Notes under the pieces: generated by a model | What the model saw: only the letters and a program-made list of their open reading frames with translations | What the model was told of the DNA's origin: nothing | Database searches by the model: none | Part shown: one piece after another, positions 23,273 through 52,721 of the stretch | Numbering within the stretch: the first letter of the stretch is position 1 | Layout of the letters: each line of letters starts with the position of its first letter | Position numbers and translations under genes: made by a program | DNA from: the human T2T-CHM13v2.0 reference genome, Homo sapiens | DNA: 64,000 nt | Reading direction: 5' to 3' (one strand) | Assembly: GCF_009914755.1 (NCBI RefSeq) | Contig: NC_060936.1

Positions 23273-23519
23273 AACAAGAAGTTTGGACTTGAGAGGCTTA
23301 GAACCTTTGTCTTCTTAGAAAGTGACTGGCAGCTCCTCCTCCCTGGCACCTGCTCCAACCTGGGCCCCTTGATCTGCTGACATCTCTGCGTGACTCTGGG
23401 TGCGTTGCTTACTCCAGGTCTAGTGCAGGTGCTACAGGACTACCTGGGAGAAAGGAGCCAGTCTTGAAGTCTCCATTTCTCCCATACATCAGTCACTTAA
23501 CGGATTTAAGTAAGACCTT

Positions 23520-24206
<687 letters not shown>

Positions 24207-24706
24207 TAGTCTGTCTGTTGTTCATTAGATACCCAATGCCATGAAGATTCTAAGGCCCAGTTAAACATCACACGTCTCTGGACCTTGATTTTTTCCTCTT
24301 TAAAACAAGGGCTAGACCCGTTCATCGGGGATGAACTGACCGAATGAATGGTCGTGTTCATGAGTGTTCTTTGCTCTGCAGAGGCACCTGGGCTCTCAGA
24401 TAGAGGTCCAGGAAAGGCCTGGACAAGGAATAAAACATTTGGCTGTCACCTGCAAATCTAAGCACCCCATACTCCCATCAGAGTTGGACTTCTGCACAGG
24501 ACCTGGAAGGCCTATTAGTCTAATAAACCAAATTTGGCCTTCAGGGTCCATCATGATCTGATTCCAACCTACCATTACAATCCTATTTCTCACTTTTCTC
24601 TTCCTTTCACCTTAGAGTCTAAACAAATCTATCTACTCATCCTTCCCCAGATATGCCCTGTGTTTTCCTGCCTCCAGCTTTTTGTTCACACTGTTTTCGG
24701 CACTAG

Positions 24707-26523
<1,817 letters not shown>

Positions 26524-28274
26524 TATAGGGATATCTTGACACATATTATAGTATCAAATGGTTTTCTGGAACTTCCATTTGAAAATACTTCTGGAGACTT
26601 CTGGTTTCTGATTCTGCATGTAAGGCACTTGGAATTAGCCACTCTATCCTAACGAGTAAAAAGCTGAAGAAACGGAAAAATCAACAACTCTTCTTGGATC
26701 CAAAAGAGTGGGAAAGACATAGGGCAAACCACTGCCCCTAACATCAGTGAGACAGACAGGTGCATACAGGGAGTCATGGCTTACTGGGGCAGACTCACAA
26801 GGGCAATTCTCCTCGGGAGTTAGTGCCAGCTAGGAAAACCTGAACTGTAGTCAACAAACTGCTTGGAGGCTCAGAATGGACAAGTCTGAGAGTTAAAAAC
26901 TCCAGGGTGACCCAGTCATGGGGGTGGGCATTGGAGGAAATGCTTTTGTGAGTTTTACCTCTAGGAGCTGCCCAAGTTCTATAGTAAATGTCAGAGAAAA
27001 ATCTCCTCATGCTTCTGGCAGGGGAAAGGGAGAAGGAAACATTTCAAAATAGGCCAGAGCATTCTGTTGGTTCTTCTTAACAAGGCCTGACCTCAGGAGA
27101 ACTATTTAACCAGAGCCAAACTTTGCTGGGGTTTTATTAGAGCCCAGGTGACCTGGGGGAAGGGGAAGATCCGATTGCAGCGCACTCTAGCTGTCCTGAC
27201 CCACCTAAGGTGTGGGTACTAGACGCATTTGTGATGTTCAGTCCAGAGGCATGGGCTCACTGAAAGACTGACACCCAACCATAGAGCTGTGGAACACTTC
27301 CCCTCCCCTCACATTTTACCACCACATACTAAGGCCTATTTATGGCAGTTCCTTTTGCCTTATACATACCTATCAAGAAAAAATTACAAGGCATACTAAA
27401 AGGCAAAAACCACAATTGGAAGAGAAGAGCAAGCATTAGAACTAGACATGGCAGGGATATTGGACTTTATCAGACCAAGGATTTAAAACAACTATGATGA
27501 ATATGCTAGGGGTGCTAACGAATAAAGCAGATGGCACGCAAGAAGAGATGGGCAACGTAAGTGGAGAGACGGACACCCTAAGAGAGAACCAAAAAGAAAC
27601 GCCAGAGGTCAAAACACTGACAGAAATGAAGAATGCCATTGATGGGCTCATTAGTAGACGGGTCATGGCTAAGGAAAGAATCTCTGAGCTTACGCATATC
27701 TCATAGAAGGCCCCTACATGGAAAAGCAAAGAGACAAAGGCTGAGAAAAATAGAACAGACTATTCAAGAACTGTGGGACAACTACAACAGGTATCATATA
27801 TGTGTAATGGAAATAAATGAAGGAGGAGGCAGAAAGGAACAGAAAAAATATTTGAAACAATAATGACTGAGCATTTCTCTCAAATTAATGCTAGATGCCA
27901 AATTATAGATACAGGAAACTCAGGAAAAAATCAAGCAGGATAAATACCTAAAGAGCTACAAAAAAATCGAAGACAAAGAAAAAATCCTGAAAGAATACAC
28001 AAGAAAAAAAAATCTTACCTATTGAAGAACAAAGATAAGAATTACATCTGATTTCTCCTCAGACACATGCGGAGAAGAAAGTGGAGTGAAATCTTCAAAG
28101 CATTGAAGGAAAAAAATCCACCAACCTGGAATTCTCTATCTTGCAAAATTATCCCTCTAAAGGGAAGGAGAAATAAAGACTTTCTCAGACAAACAAAACT
28201 AAGAGGATTTGTTGCTAGTAGCTCTGTCTTGCAAGAAATATTGAAAGAAGTTCTTTAGAAAGAAGGAAAATGAA

Positions 28275-34157
<5,883 letters not shown>

Positions 34158-34475
34158 TAATGCCAAAACTTGGAAGCAACCAAGATGTCCTTCGGTAGGT
34201 GAATAAAATAAACAGTAGTACATCCAGACACTGGAATATTATTCAGTACTTAAAAGAAATGAGCTATCAAGCCATGAAAAGAGATGGAGGAAACTTCAGT
34301 GCCATTACTGAGTGAGAGAAGGCAATCTGAAAAGGCTACATATTGTATGATTCCAGCTATGTGACACTCTGGAAAAGGCAAAACAAAAAGTCAGTCATTG
34401 CTAGGGGTTCAGAGGGGAAGGAGCAATGAAGAGGCAGAATGCAGAGGATTTTTAGGGCAGTGAAACTTCTCTATT

Positions 34476-34579
34476 ATGCTATGCTATGCTATGCTATGCT
34501 ATGCTATGCTATGCTATGCTATGCTATGCTATGCTATGCTATGCTAATGCTATGCTATGCTATACTATACTATGCTATA
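34476..34579. repeat. (ATGCT)n pentanucleotide repeat
   Basis: 14 perfect units (34476-34545), a 1-nt insertion, then about 6 more units including ATACT variants. Confidence 0.97.
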
Positions 34580-35821
34580 GCGGTGGAAACATGTTATTAC
34601 GCATAGAATGTTTAACACCAAGAGTGAACCCTCATGTAAACTGTAGACTTTGGGTCATAATGATGTGTCAATGTAAGGCTCATCAGTTGTAAAAAAACAA
34701 TGTACCATTTTGGTGGAGGAAGTTGATAATGGGGAGTCTATGCATGTGGGGCAAGGGGCTATATGGGAGATCTCTGGCCTTCCTTCTCCATTTTGCCATG
34801 AACCTAAAACTGCTATTACATATATAGTTGCTATTCTCTCTATATATAACTGCTATTATATATTATATATAATATATATATAATATATAACTGCTTATAT
34901 ATATATATGTCTTTAAAAACAATAAAACAAACAAACAAACAAAAACACTCCCAGAGTACTTTGCCTATAGACCTTCTTCTATTCATAAGTGTTTTTACCT
35001 CCACTCCCATCTCATTCTATCTGTATCTCGCTCTACTTAACCTGAGCTATACTGAATTTGCATTCGGTTTGGACAAGTCTTAGTTCCTCTTTTGGCAGAT
35101 CATCTTCACATTTCCATCAACATGCAGCACAGGTGGAAAAAAAGGGGCCAATAACTGGATCTGCCTGGGGAATCTGGAAGCCCAAGAGGAGCTGCATTTT
35201 GGGAAGGAGCCAGGCTAGGGGCTTAAACTCTGTACTTGGGGGTAGGGTTGCAACACTGGCTCGAAGGGGAAGAAAGGGATTATCCTCAACCTTTCACACA
35301 TCCAGACTCTGGGAGATGCGCAGGCTTAGCTCCCTGGCAGGGCTACCAGTGAAGGCAGGGAGAAGGGCAGAGGCTTGGAGGCCACAGCCACAGGCCATAG
35401 AACAGAAGGAGCAGCTCCAGGCATCCAGCTGGTGGAGGCCACCTGCCCTGAGTGCTGTGCGCCACTCTTCACAGCCAGCTGTGCTGCTGCTACCCATCCC
35501 AGTCTCACAGGTCTTGACCTGGAGATACATTTGCAACATTGATTATAGAGGCTCAAGTTAATGTTATTTTAGATTAGAGTTTCCCAAACTTCAGTTGTGC
35601 CATGTTCAGGGTTTCAACGTCTCAGTGCAGTAGTAGGTGCGGGCACACACACCTGTGATCCATGTCACCCAGGGCTGCCGTACTTCTGAACAGGTCAGAC
35701 AGAAACAGTTACTAAGACATTGAGGGTATGCCCAGGTCATGTGCAAGGACTGTATAAAGGTGTCAAAAAACTTCCTGCCACTTACTTGAGGCTCATCCTA
35801 AGCAATAAAAATGTTGGAATT

Positions 35822-37198
<1,377 letters not shown>

Positions 37199-37664
37199 AA
37201 AGGTGGACAATAAATTGTAGAAAATAATGGATAACCTTCTGAGCAAAGGAAAATGTAAGATACAAGAATTAAATAGCATATTAGAAGAGAGTGAATGACA
37301 AATGAAGAGAAAGGTACACTAACACCTCAGTTACCTGCTAGAGAGAGACATTCATCCAGCCTAGCCAGTCATTTCCTTCTCCTTCCTCCCACCACCTCTT
37401 TCCTTCTGAACCTCTGGTTCAGATGCAGAGTCCTTAGCCTGTAACTCTGGATCGTTCAACCCATCAGCACATAAGAAACTTGCTCTTCTGAGAATGAAAA
37501 TAAGCAGCAACACAATTTCCTTAACAACCAAGGATCTTATAGAGGCAAGAACTAGAAGTAAGAAGAAAACACATACTAGGGACAGAAGACATGGACTGGA
37601 GGTCTTGGGCCAATTAGGTGACCTTATTCCTATCTCAGAGCCTCTCCAACTCATGGCTTCCTCA

Positions 37665-38030
37665 ACTCATTCATTTAACAAATGTTTTCTAAAGCAATGA
37701 CCGTGTACCAAGAGTTGCCTCATGCACTCGGGCTGCAGCAGTGAATAAAACAGGAGAGGCCCTGCCCTCAGAGATCTTGTGTCCTAGTGAGAGTGACAGG
37801 CAATACATACTAAATAAATAAGCAGTGTAACTTTAGGTGGTGAGCAGTGCTATGAAAGAAATTAAACAAATGATAAAGACAAATTGGGGAGGAGGCATCC
37901 TGTGAAGAGGTTGGTCAGGGGAGGGCTCCTGGGGGAAGTAACATTTGAGCTGAGACCTGAATGTACTAGGAAGGGCCAGCCAGGAGATAAGCCAGGGAAA
38001 GAAGGTTCCAGACAGAGGGACAAGCAAGCC
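37665..38030 (-). mobile_element. LINE-2 3' end
   Basis: ctcattcatttaacaaatg...gcagcagtgaataaaacagg...catttgagctgagacctgaatg. Confidence 0.75.
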
Positions 38031-38212
38031 TTGCGGTGGGACCGCTCTCGGGGCTGGCTGCCAATCCAGGAAAACAGCACTGGGTATGCAGTTGTACTAG
38101 GTGAATGGTTTTGACACAGCACACCAAGCAGTCCTACAGTTCCCTGGTGGTGTCTCAAGGGCGGAGGGGCCAAGGACAGAGACTCTGCCAGACTCACGCC
38201 ACCCTGCCCAAA

Positions 38213-38251
38213 ACACACACAGAGAACGAGAGAGAGAGAGAGAGAGAGAGA
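38213..38251. repeat. (CA)n/(GA)n microsatellite
   Basis: Directly visible. Confidence 0.9.
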
Positions 38252-39155
38252 CGCGTGCACATACTCTGCTTCAACAAAACAGCTCTTCTTTAATCCGAAG
38301 TGTATATTGGGTGGCTGCTTAAGATTTTGTTCGAGGACCAGGTTCAGGGATCAGAAATTCTTGATCTCAAAAGTCCTTTTCCACACTTTGTTTGATTCTC
38401 TGCAATGTTACACAGCCTCAGCAGTGGTCATAGAAGGGTTCGTTCTATTCTATCCATTGGCAAGGAGTCACAGAGTGCAGCTCCCAGCAATCTGGCTCTC
38501 CTCTCACCGTAACATCCCACCCTTTCCCCTCCAGCAGTGGACTGGAACCTCTGATGCCTTCCAAGCCCATCCCAGCTACAGAGGGACACACATCTCTGCC
38601 TCTTCCTAGGAGATTAGACTGATTTCCTTTCCTTGCACTGTCCAAATGAGACGCTTTCTGTCCTACACAGTAGAGCTTTGTGAAGACAGCCGAGAAACGG
38701 CTCAAGTTTTTTCCAACCTGTAAAATGCAAAGTTGGCCAGCTGCCTCTCTTCCTAGCCTCAAAACTCATATATTTCCTGTCTCCAAAGAACTGCCCGGCA
38801 GCTCTAAGAGAAGTCTCTACTGTCCTGGGGTTTGGGGAAAGCACTGCTCAGAATGTGAAATCATTTTCTGGTAATACGGATCTAATTAGCTCTTTGACTG
38901 ACAAGAGGAAGCAGAGGCCAAAAGGGAGTTAACCAATCTGTTTTTCAGATATTTCAAAACAAGTGAAGAACCAGATAGGGAAACAGAGAGAAAGAGAAAA
39001 TAAAGAGACAAAGCCTAGGGAGCATTTGGAGAAGGGAGTGAGTAAGAAGAGAACGGGGAGGGAGAATATCAAGTGACTAAAGTATCAATCCTCTGTTCTT
39101 CCAGCTTCACCTCTACTCCCGGTCTCCCCTCTGCTCTCTTCCAGAGAGAACTTAC

Positions 39156-39326
39156 TTGAAGGTCGATGTTTTCTCTTGCTGATTCCATCTCGCTGCCCTC
39201 AAGTCCCTTCACACGCACCGGGTGCCGGGAACAGACTGCGTGGGCTCCTCCAGGCTCCGCCGTCTGAGTCTCTGCTGCTTTCTTCGGGTGGGAGAGAGCA
39301 CACAGCTGGCGGGACAGTCCTGCCAT
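39156..39326 (-). CDS. NINJ2: Ninjurin-2 coding exon 1: long N-terminus from ATG 39326 (57 codons), canonical short form from ATG 39188 (MESARENIDLQ)
   Basis: The translation MAGLSRQLCALSHPKKAAETQTAEPGGAHAVCSRHPVRVKGLEGSEMESARENIDLQ matches the human NINJ2 N-terminus as I recall it. It ends at a consensus phase-0 donor CAA|GTAAGT (plus-strand acttac, 39150-39155). ORF-track residues after Q57 are intron read-through. Confidence 0.95.
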
Positions 39327-39900
39327 TCATCCCTCTGATGTGGGATGCCCGTCTTGGCTGCAGCCTCTGGGGGAGGTGTGCACCTGCACACACGTGTGAG
39401 TGTATGTGTGTGCACATGTGTGTGCTCCAGGAGGTGGCACATGGCACACTGATAGGTGACCTTTTGAGTTGGTAGTGACAGCATCATTTTCACCAGTGGC
39501 TCCAGTGACCTTCCAGTCCCAGCGGAGCCATCTGAGGTCACCCAGCCTGCTTTGAGCTAGTAGCTTTATGACTGGCAAAGAAATCCTGCATGTTTATCAA
39601 GCAAATTGAAAAACAGCCTGAGGACAACGCTATCTGACTTCACCGCTGGGTCCAGTCCCCAGTCGCCACGGGTGGAGTGACCTCCAGCACAGTCTCAATA
39701 CTGAGGCAGAGGGATTTCCGTTGTTCTTTGCTTTGTTCCCTATATCCCTAAAAGTTTTTAAAAAAATTGTAGTTTACCTAATAGGCTCCAAAGCATAGGC
39801 TTTGTTCTGCAAAGTGAGTGAACAATACGTTTTTACTGACGGATTGTTTGATTCCTTCAACTCCTCCCTTGATTAGCCATAGAGGGAGCAGGGAGTAGTT
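39327..39900 (-). promoter_or_regulatory. NINJ2: NINJ2 5'UTR / proximal promoter (not a CpG island)
   Basis: Repeat-free sequence directly 5' of exon 1, with an E-box cluster (39381-39443) and SOX-like CTTTGT/AACAAT motifs (39731-39848). The TSS cannot be fixed from sequence alone. Confidence 0.6.
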
Positions 39901-41045
39901 GTACCTTCGAAGCTTGTTTATGCAAACAGTGGTATTCTCCCTACTTTTAAAATAAAATTACCAGGAGGGAGTCTTTTTTTAGAAAGTTTTTTTTTTCCTC
40001 TCCTGTTTACCTTAGAGCCCAAAACTCTTCTGGCTTGTTCCTGAAGCAAGGTTTAGACACAAGCTTGTGCAGGTGTGGGTGTGGGTATGTCTGTAGACGT
40101 GCATGGCAGGGTGTTAACCTGTAATCCAATTCAGGGCTTGAAGAGGTGCGGGCAGGAGGAAGACAGGCAGAGTCAACACGTTTACCCTCACCACATTCAA
40201 ATGTAAAAAAAAAAAAAGGCGATTTCTTCAGTTCTATGAAATGCCTTTATAAGTTCCCATCCCTCTGGACAGTGGTGCGAGGGAGGGTTGGATGATTGGA
40301 TGGGGGCCATATTTTAGTCTAATCTATGAAGCATAGTTGGATTTAATCATTTAAATGGTAAACAGTCCACTTTAGACACAATGCTCAGTCTTTCGGATTT
40401 GCAGAAGATGGCACCTAGGTGCACAGGAGGGCGGGGTGGGGACGGTTCTTGCATCTATCCTGTGGCCTCTCCATCTCGGCTCCTTTCTGTTCTGGAGCTG
40501 CTGGGCCCACGGGCCCGCCCGAATTGCTGACTGCTGAGGAGACACAGGTCCTGCTCCTGGGTCTTCTGCTGGCCTTGGTGGCTGATGTCTGATATTAGGC
40601 CAGAGTCACTCATGGGTGATTCTCTTTCTGCCTTTGAGATCCAGTGTTCTCCCTTGCTGTCTGCGCTACCTTGGCTCGTGGCAATGTGGACCATCCTGAG
40701 ACCTGGCTTTGACTTGTATGTGCCCCCATCCCACTGTATCCGCTCAGTGGCCCACATCTCTAAGATAAGCCCCTCGAAATTTTCCTGTGAGATGCTTGAC
40801 CAGTGCTCCTGAGCCCCCTTAGGCACATGGGGACTGAGGGCTGCTGACGAAGGGCAGGGGAAAGGCAAGCTCAGCCCCACTTCCAGCAGAGTTTGCTCTG
40901 ATGTGGCTGCTCCAACTGACACAGGGCAGTCTGCGAGGTGATCTCCTTCCACATTCCTGAATGGAAATGAGACCTGGAACCCACTCTTCTCAGCACTCCT
41001 TAAAAAGTCTACCAGTAATATCTATCACCCCACCGCTCATAATAA

Positions 41046-41849
<804 letters not shown>

Positions 41850-42200
41850 TTATTTCGGATACCAGAAGCAAAATATTAACTATTTATTTCTCTTTGCACT
41901 CCTGTTGTGAAAATCCTCATTATCTTTTAAATAATATGGATACATCTGGCTGAATAGAGGGAAACAGGAACAAAAAAATGCAAAAGAGAAAAGTACTCGA
42001 ATATATTTCAAAAAATTTCCTATTAATAAGCACATTGGTTTGAAAAGGAAACAGCTGTAATTGGTTATAATAATGGTTTTGGTTTGGCAAGATCTTTCTG
42101 GATTTGGACCTTTCCCCATCTCATAAGCATCATTTGGAAGTAAACAGAAAAAAGGCTTTGGAAAATGGTTTATCTACCATATCACGCTGTAACCCTGGAC

Positions 42201-42814
42201 CAGGGGTCAGCAAAGTTTTTCTTTTTCATTTTTCCCTTTTATAAAATTCAAATTGCTATATGAAGCTTTTTTAATTTTAATTTTAATTTTTTGAGACGGG
42301 GTCTCACTCTGTCACCCAGGCTGGTGTGCAGTGGCACAGTCTCTGCTCACTGCAATCTCTGCCTCCTGGGCTTAAGTGATCCTCCCACCTCAGGCCCCAA
42401 CCCCCAGCCCAGTAGCTGGGATTACAGGCGCGTGCCACCATGCCTGGCTAATTTCTGTATTTTTTGTAGAGACGGGGGTTTCGCCATGTTGCCCAGGCTG
42501 GCCTCAAACTCCTGAGCTCAAGCGATCCGCTCACCTCGATCTCTCAAAGTGCTGGAATTACAGGCGTGGGTCACCATGCCCAGCCAGTAAACTTTTTCTG
42601 TAAGGGGCCAGAGAGCCAATATTTTTTAGCCTTTGTGTGTCATATGGTTTCTGCTGCGATGACTCACTTCTATAATAATGTGAAAGCAGTCATAGACAAC
42701 ATGTAAATGAACGAGTGTGGGAGTGTTCCAATAAAACTTTATTTACAAAAAGAGTCAGATATTCATAAAAACAGACCGGAGTTGGCTCCACAGGCTATAG
42801 TCTGCTGACCCCTG
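42201..42814. mobile_element. MER58A (hAT-Charlie) interrupted by a reverse Alu (~42267-42585)
   Basis: TIRs caggggtcagca...tgctgacccctg and internal gtgttccaataaaactttatttacaaaaa. Confidence 0.85.
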
Positions 42815-43502
42815 CTCTAGGATTTAATCAGAGTCTTTGAAGTCTAATTCCCACTTGAGAGGCAACTACTGAGTCTCTACCACGTGGATATTGGGTTAAA
42901 CACTGCGGGGATATAAAAGCACCACATGCACGCCCTGGTGAGACAACTGATGGCAAGGGAAGCTGTAGTGAAGAGTGTTGCTGCCATTTGGCTGGTGCTG
43001 AAACTGCACCTACGTGGAGGTTATCACTGTGGGTGGAAATGGTTTCTATTGTTCTTTACTGCTAGGGTGATTTTTGTGGTGTAAAGCCAGAGGGACATTT
43101 TTAGGGAGACTGTCTCTTGGAAAGCATATTTTGGAATATCCTTGAACTTACAGATAAGTAGACACTCAGAGTGACTCAGAAACTACTCTGAGTCTAGTTT
43201 CATGGAATGAGGGGTCTACAATGAGACCCTAGGTATCTTGCTATGTAGAAGGAGCAAAGCATTGTTGTAGGGTACTGAAGAAGGCAACAGCAAGAAGATC
43301 CTTTAATTTTGAATTGTGGGAAAAGCTCTAGGGTGAAAGCCAGGTGGCCTGGATTCCTCTCTGTGTGCTGAGTCACTGTGTTTTTAGGCAAGTCACTTAA
43401 CTTCTCTGGGGCTTACATTCTTGTTTGTGAATGTGAAGCTATCAAAAGAGTTGATTCCTAAGATCCCTCTAGCTCTTAAATTCTGTTTCTAATGTGTGTT
43501 TT

Positions 43503-46368
<2,866 letters not shown>

Positions 46369-46661
46369 TTATCCAGGCAGCAGACAGGATGCTGGCCCAC
46401 AGGACCTTTTTAACTGACAAAGTGTTCCTCAGACACCCCACCTATGAAGCATTCTTGCCAAAAATATTGAAACTGAATATGCTCTAGATCTAATTTCCAG
46501 TTTATAGGAAACACAGGGAAGACAGGAACATATTACAGACACTCAGGGATGGATTAAGCCTGGGAAATTCTACAGTGCAAACAACCTGACCTGGTTTCTT
46601 CAACAAATAAATTAGAGGAAAAAAGAAAAGAAGGAACTCATAGATGAAAACTTAAGAGACA

Positions 46662-47730
<1,069 letters not shown>

Positions 47731-48356
47731 GTCAGCATTTTGGTTATGTTAATAAAAAGAGTCATTGTTTTTAAAGATATTTTAGATGGAACAATATGAT
47801 GTATAGTATTTGCTTCAAAATAATCCACTGGTAGGGTGGTGAGTGGGAATACAGATGAAACTAGATTGCTTGTGTGTTGATAATTGTTGAAAATGGGTTT
47901 TGGGCACATGAAGATATATTACTCTCTCTGTTTTTGTGTATGTTGGAAAATTTCTACAGCTAAAGGCTTTTCTAAATGGCAGGGAAACCACAAAGTGTTC
48001 CTCAGACAGAGATGTCTGAATGTCACTGATGCACTGTGTCTTGAATTGCACAGGGGACTCCGGTCGGGGTGTGGGGAGGATGCAAGCTCGAAGGTGGCAG
48101 TGGAGAGTGGACAGAAGAGACAGCAGCCAAGTCTTTAAGACTGGATGGGGACATAGGAATGGAGTTCTGAGTAGAGGATGGAAGTCAGAGTTTAGAGTCT
48201 CAAGAAAACCACAACAAACCCTCCAATGGAAGTACCAGTTCAACTACCACTTCATTTTACAAATGAGAGGAGTAGTTCAGTGTCAAGGTGGGACTAGAGA
48301 CTTACAAGACGAGTTTCCTGGCTATCCCTTTAAATCACACAGATGTATACATTTGA

Positions 48357-48358
48357 GA

Positions 48359-48392
<34 letters not shown>

Positions 48393-48772
48393 AACTAATA
48401 CAGGAGTAGTTGCTTTCAGAGTACTTTATGCTTTCAGAGTACTTTGTACATATTTTATTTTATTGGATCTTCACAATGACCCAGTAGCAATTTACAGATG
48501 AGGAAACTAAAACCAAAGTGTCCTGTCCAGGATCACACAGCTGGTGATGGAGCCAGGACTCAGTTTGAGATTTCTTCCTTCCAATTCTTTCTTTTTTAAC
48601 ACAGACCCCCTCAATCCTCAATACATGCACAGCACATGTGCACACACGCACGCACACACACACACATCATTATTGCTACCTGTACGGTGGAGTTCAACAT
48701 GTTGTTGATAATAACTCACCATCACCTAAGGAGACAGACCTAGTCTTAACTCCTGGTCCTACTATTTACTAG

Positions 48773-48803
<31 letters not shown>

Positions 48804-49025
48804 GTTACATAGACTTTGTTTTTTAGAGCTGTTTTAGGTTCTCAGCAAAATCAATCAGAAAGTACAGAGAGTTCTCCTCTATCACCCCAACTCATGGCCT
48901 CCCCCACTGTCAACATCCCACACCAGAGTGGTACATTTGTTGCAATCATTGAACCTACATTGACACATCATTATCACCCAAAGTCCACAGTTTACATTAG
49001 AGTTCACTCTTGGCATGATACATTC
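48357..49025. repeat. (TG)n(AG)n 48357-48392, (GT)14 48775-48802, MIR pieces and a reverse L1MC 3' end (~48810-49025)
   Basis: Repeats directly visible; ttttttagagctgttttaggttc...gtggtacatttgttgcaat is the reverse of an L1MC tail. Confidence 0.8.
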
Positions 49026-49363
49026 TGGGGGTGTTGACTAGCTGTGTTTTTGAGCAACTTACTTTGCTTCCTTTCTCCCTGTGAAGATGGGATCGTAGTG
49101 CCTACTTTAGAAAGATCACTATGAGAACTAAATTAAATCAGATCATGCATATCAAGCAAATTACCTGCCTGGCACAGGGTAAAAGAACCCAGTAAATGGA
49201 GCTGATGTTAATATTCATGCAAATCCCCTCACTATGAGCCCAGCTGTGTAACTGCTGAATCTTCCCCTTGTTCTCTTTGATCTCAGCCCAGAACCTCTCG
49301 TTTGCACCTGGATGACTCGGCCAGAGATGATTTCTAGAAGTTCCTTAAAGATATTAGTCTGTG

Positions 49364-52175
<2,812 letters not shown>

Positions 52176-52690
52176 TCATATTAACTTTTATAAATTCATT
52201 TAAAAATTATTAATAAAGTTGAGATTATACTATACATAAAATCTTATATTGCAGTTTTTTTCATTTTATATCACGATTGTTTTTTCTTCCTCTGTTATTA
52301 AACAGAGGAGAAAAACTGCGGCTATTTATGAGAAAGAGTGAAGTCTAAATGACAAAGCTCTGAGAAGAATTTCATTGCAAGATTAGATTAAATACAAAAC
52401 ATCAATGATCCAAAGCAGGAGCACGTGGTCAGTGGAGACTTGGCAAAGGCTAGGCTGCTGTATTTAACCCACAGCCCCCGACTGATAAATAGAATATAAA
52501 CATCTCACTCTCCCTGCTCTGAACATCCTCCACATTAAAGAGGATACCTTTGCAGATCCCCGACAGTCAAGAAGATTTCTGTCCAATTTACTTTTCACAA
52601 AAGTAAAAGTTTCATTGTAAAATGAAAGCAATGGGTCCTTTTTCAAGCATAAATAATATTATATGGAATATAAGTTTCAACCTCCTCCTT

Positions 52691-52718
<28 letters not shown>
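52691..52718. repeat. (AC)14 microsatellite
   Basis: Directly visible. Confidence 0.95.

Positions 52719-52721
<3 letters not shown>

Noticed and set aside
34486-34692. ORF with MLCYA repeats
   Set aside because: This is the translation of the (ATGCT)n microsatellite.
35058-35561. 167-aa plus-strand ORF
   Set aside because: Non-ATG start, non-coding-like composition, and no recognisable homology.
39069-39155. C-terminal 28 residues (VSSLWKRAEG...) of the ORF-track NINJ2 entry
   Set aside because: They lie past the GTAAGT splice donor and are intronic.
40455-40952. 165-aa minus-strand ORF upstream of NINJ2
   Set aside because: It starts at GTG, has no recognisable similarity or evident splice link to exon 1, and its length is within chance.
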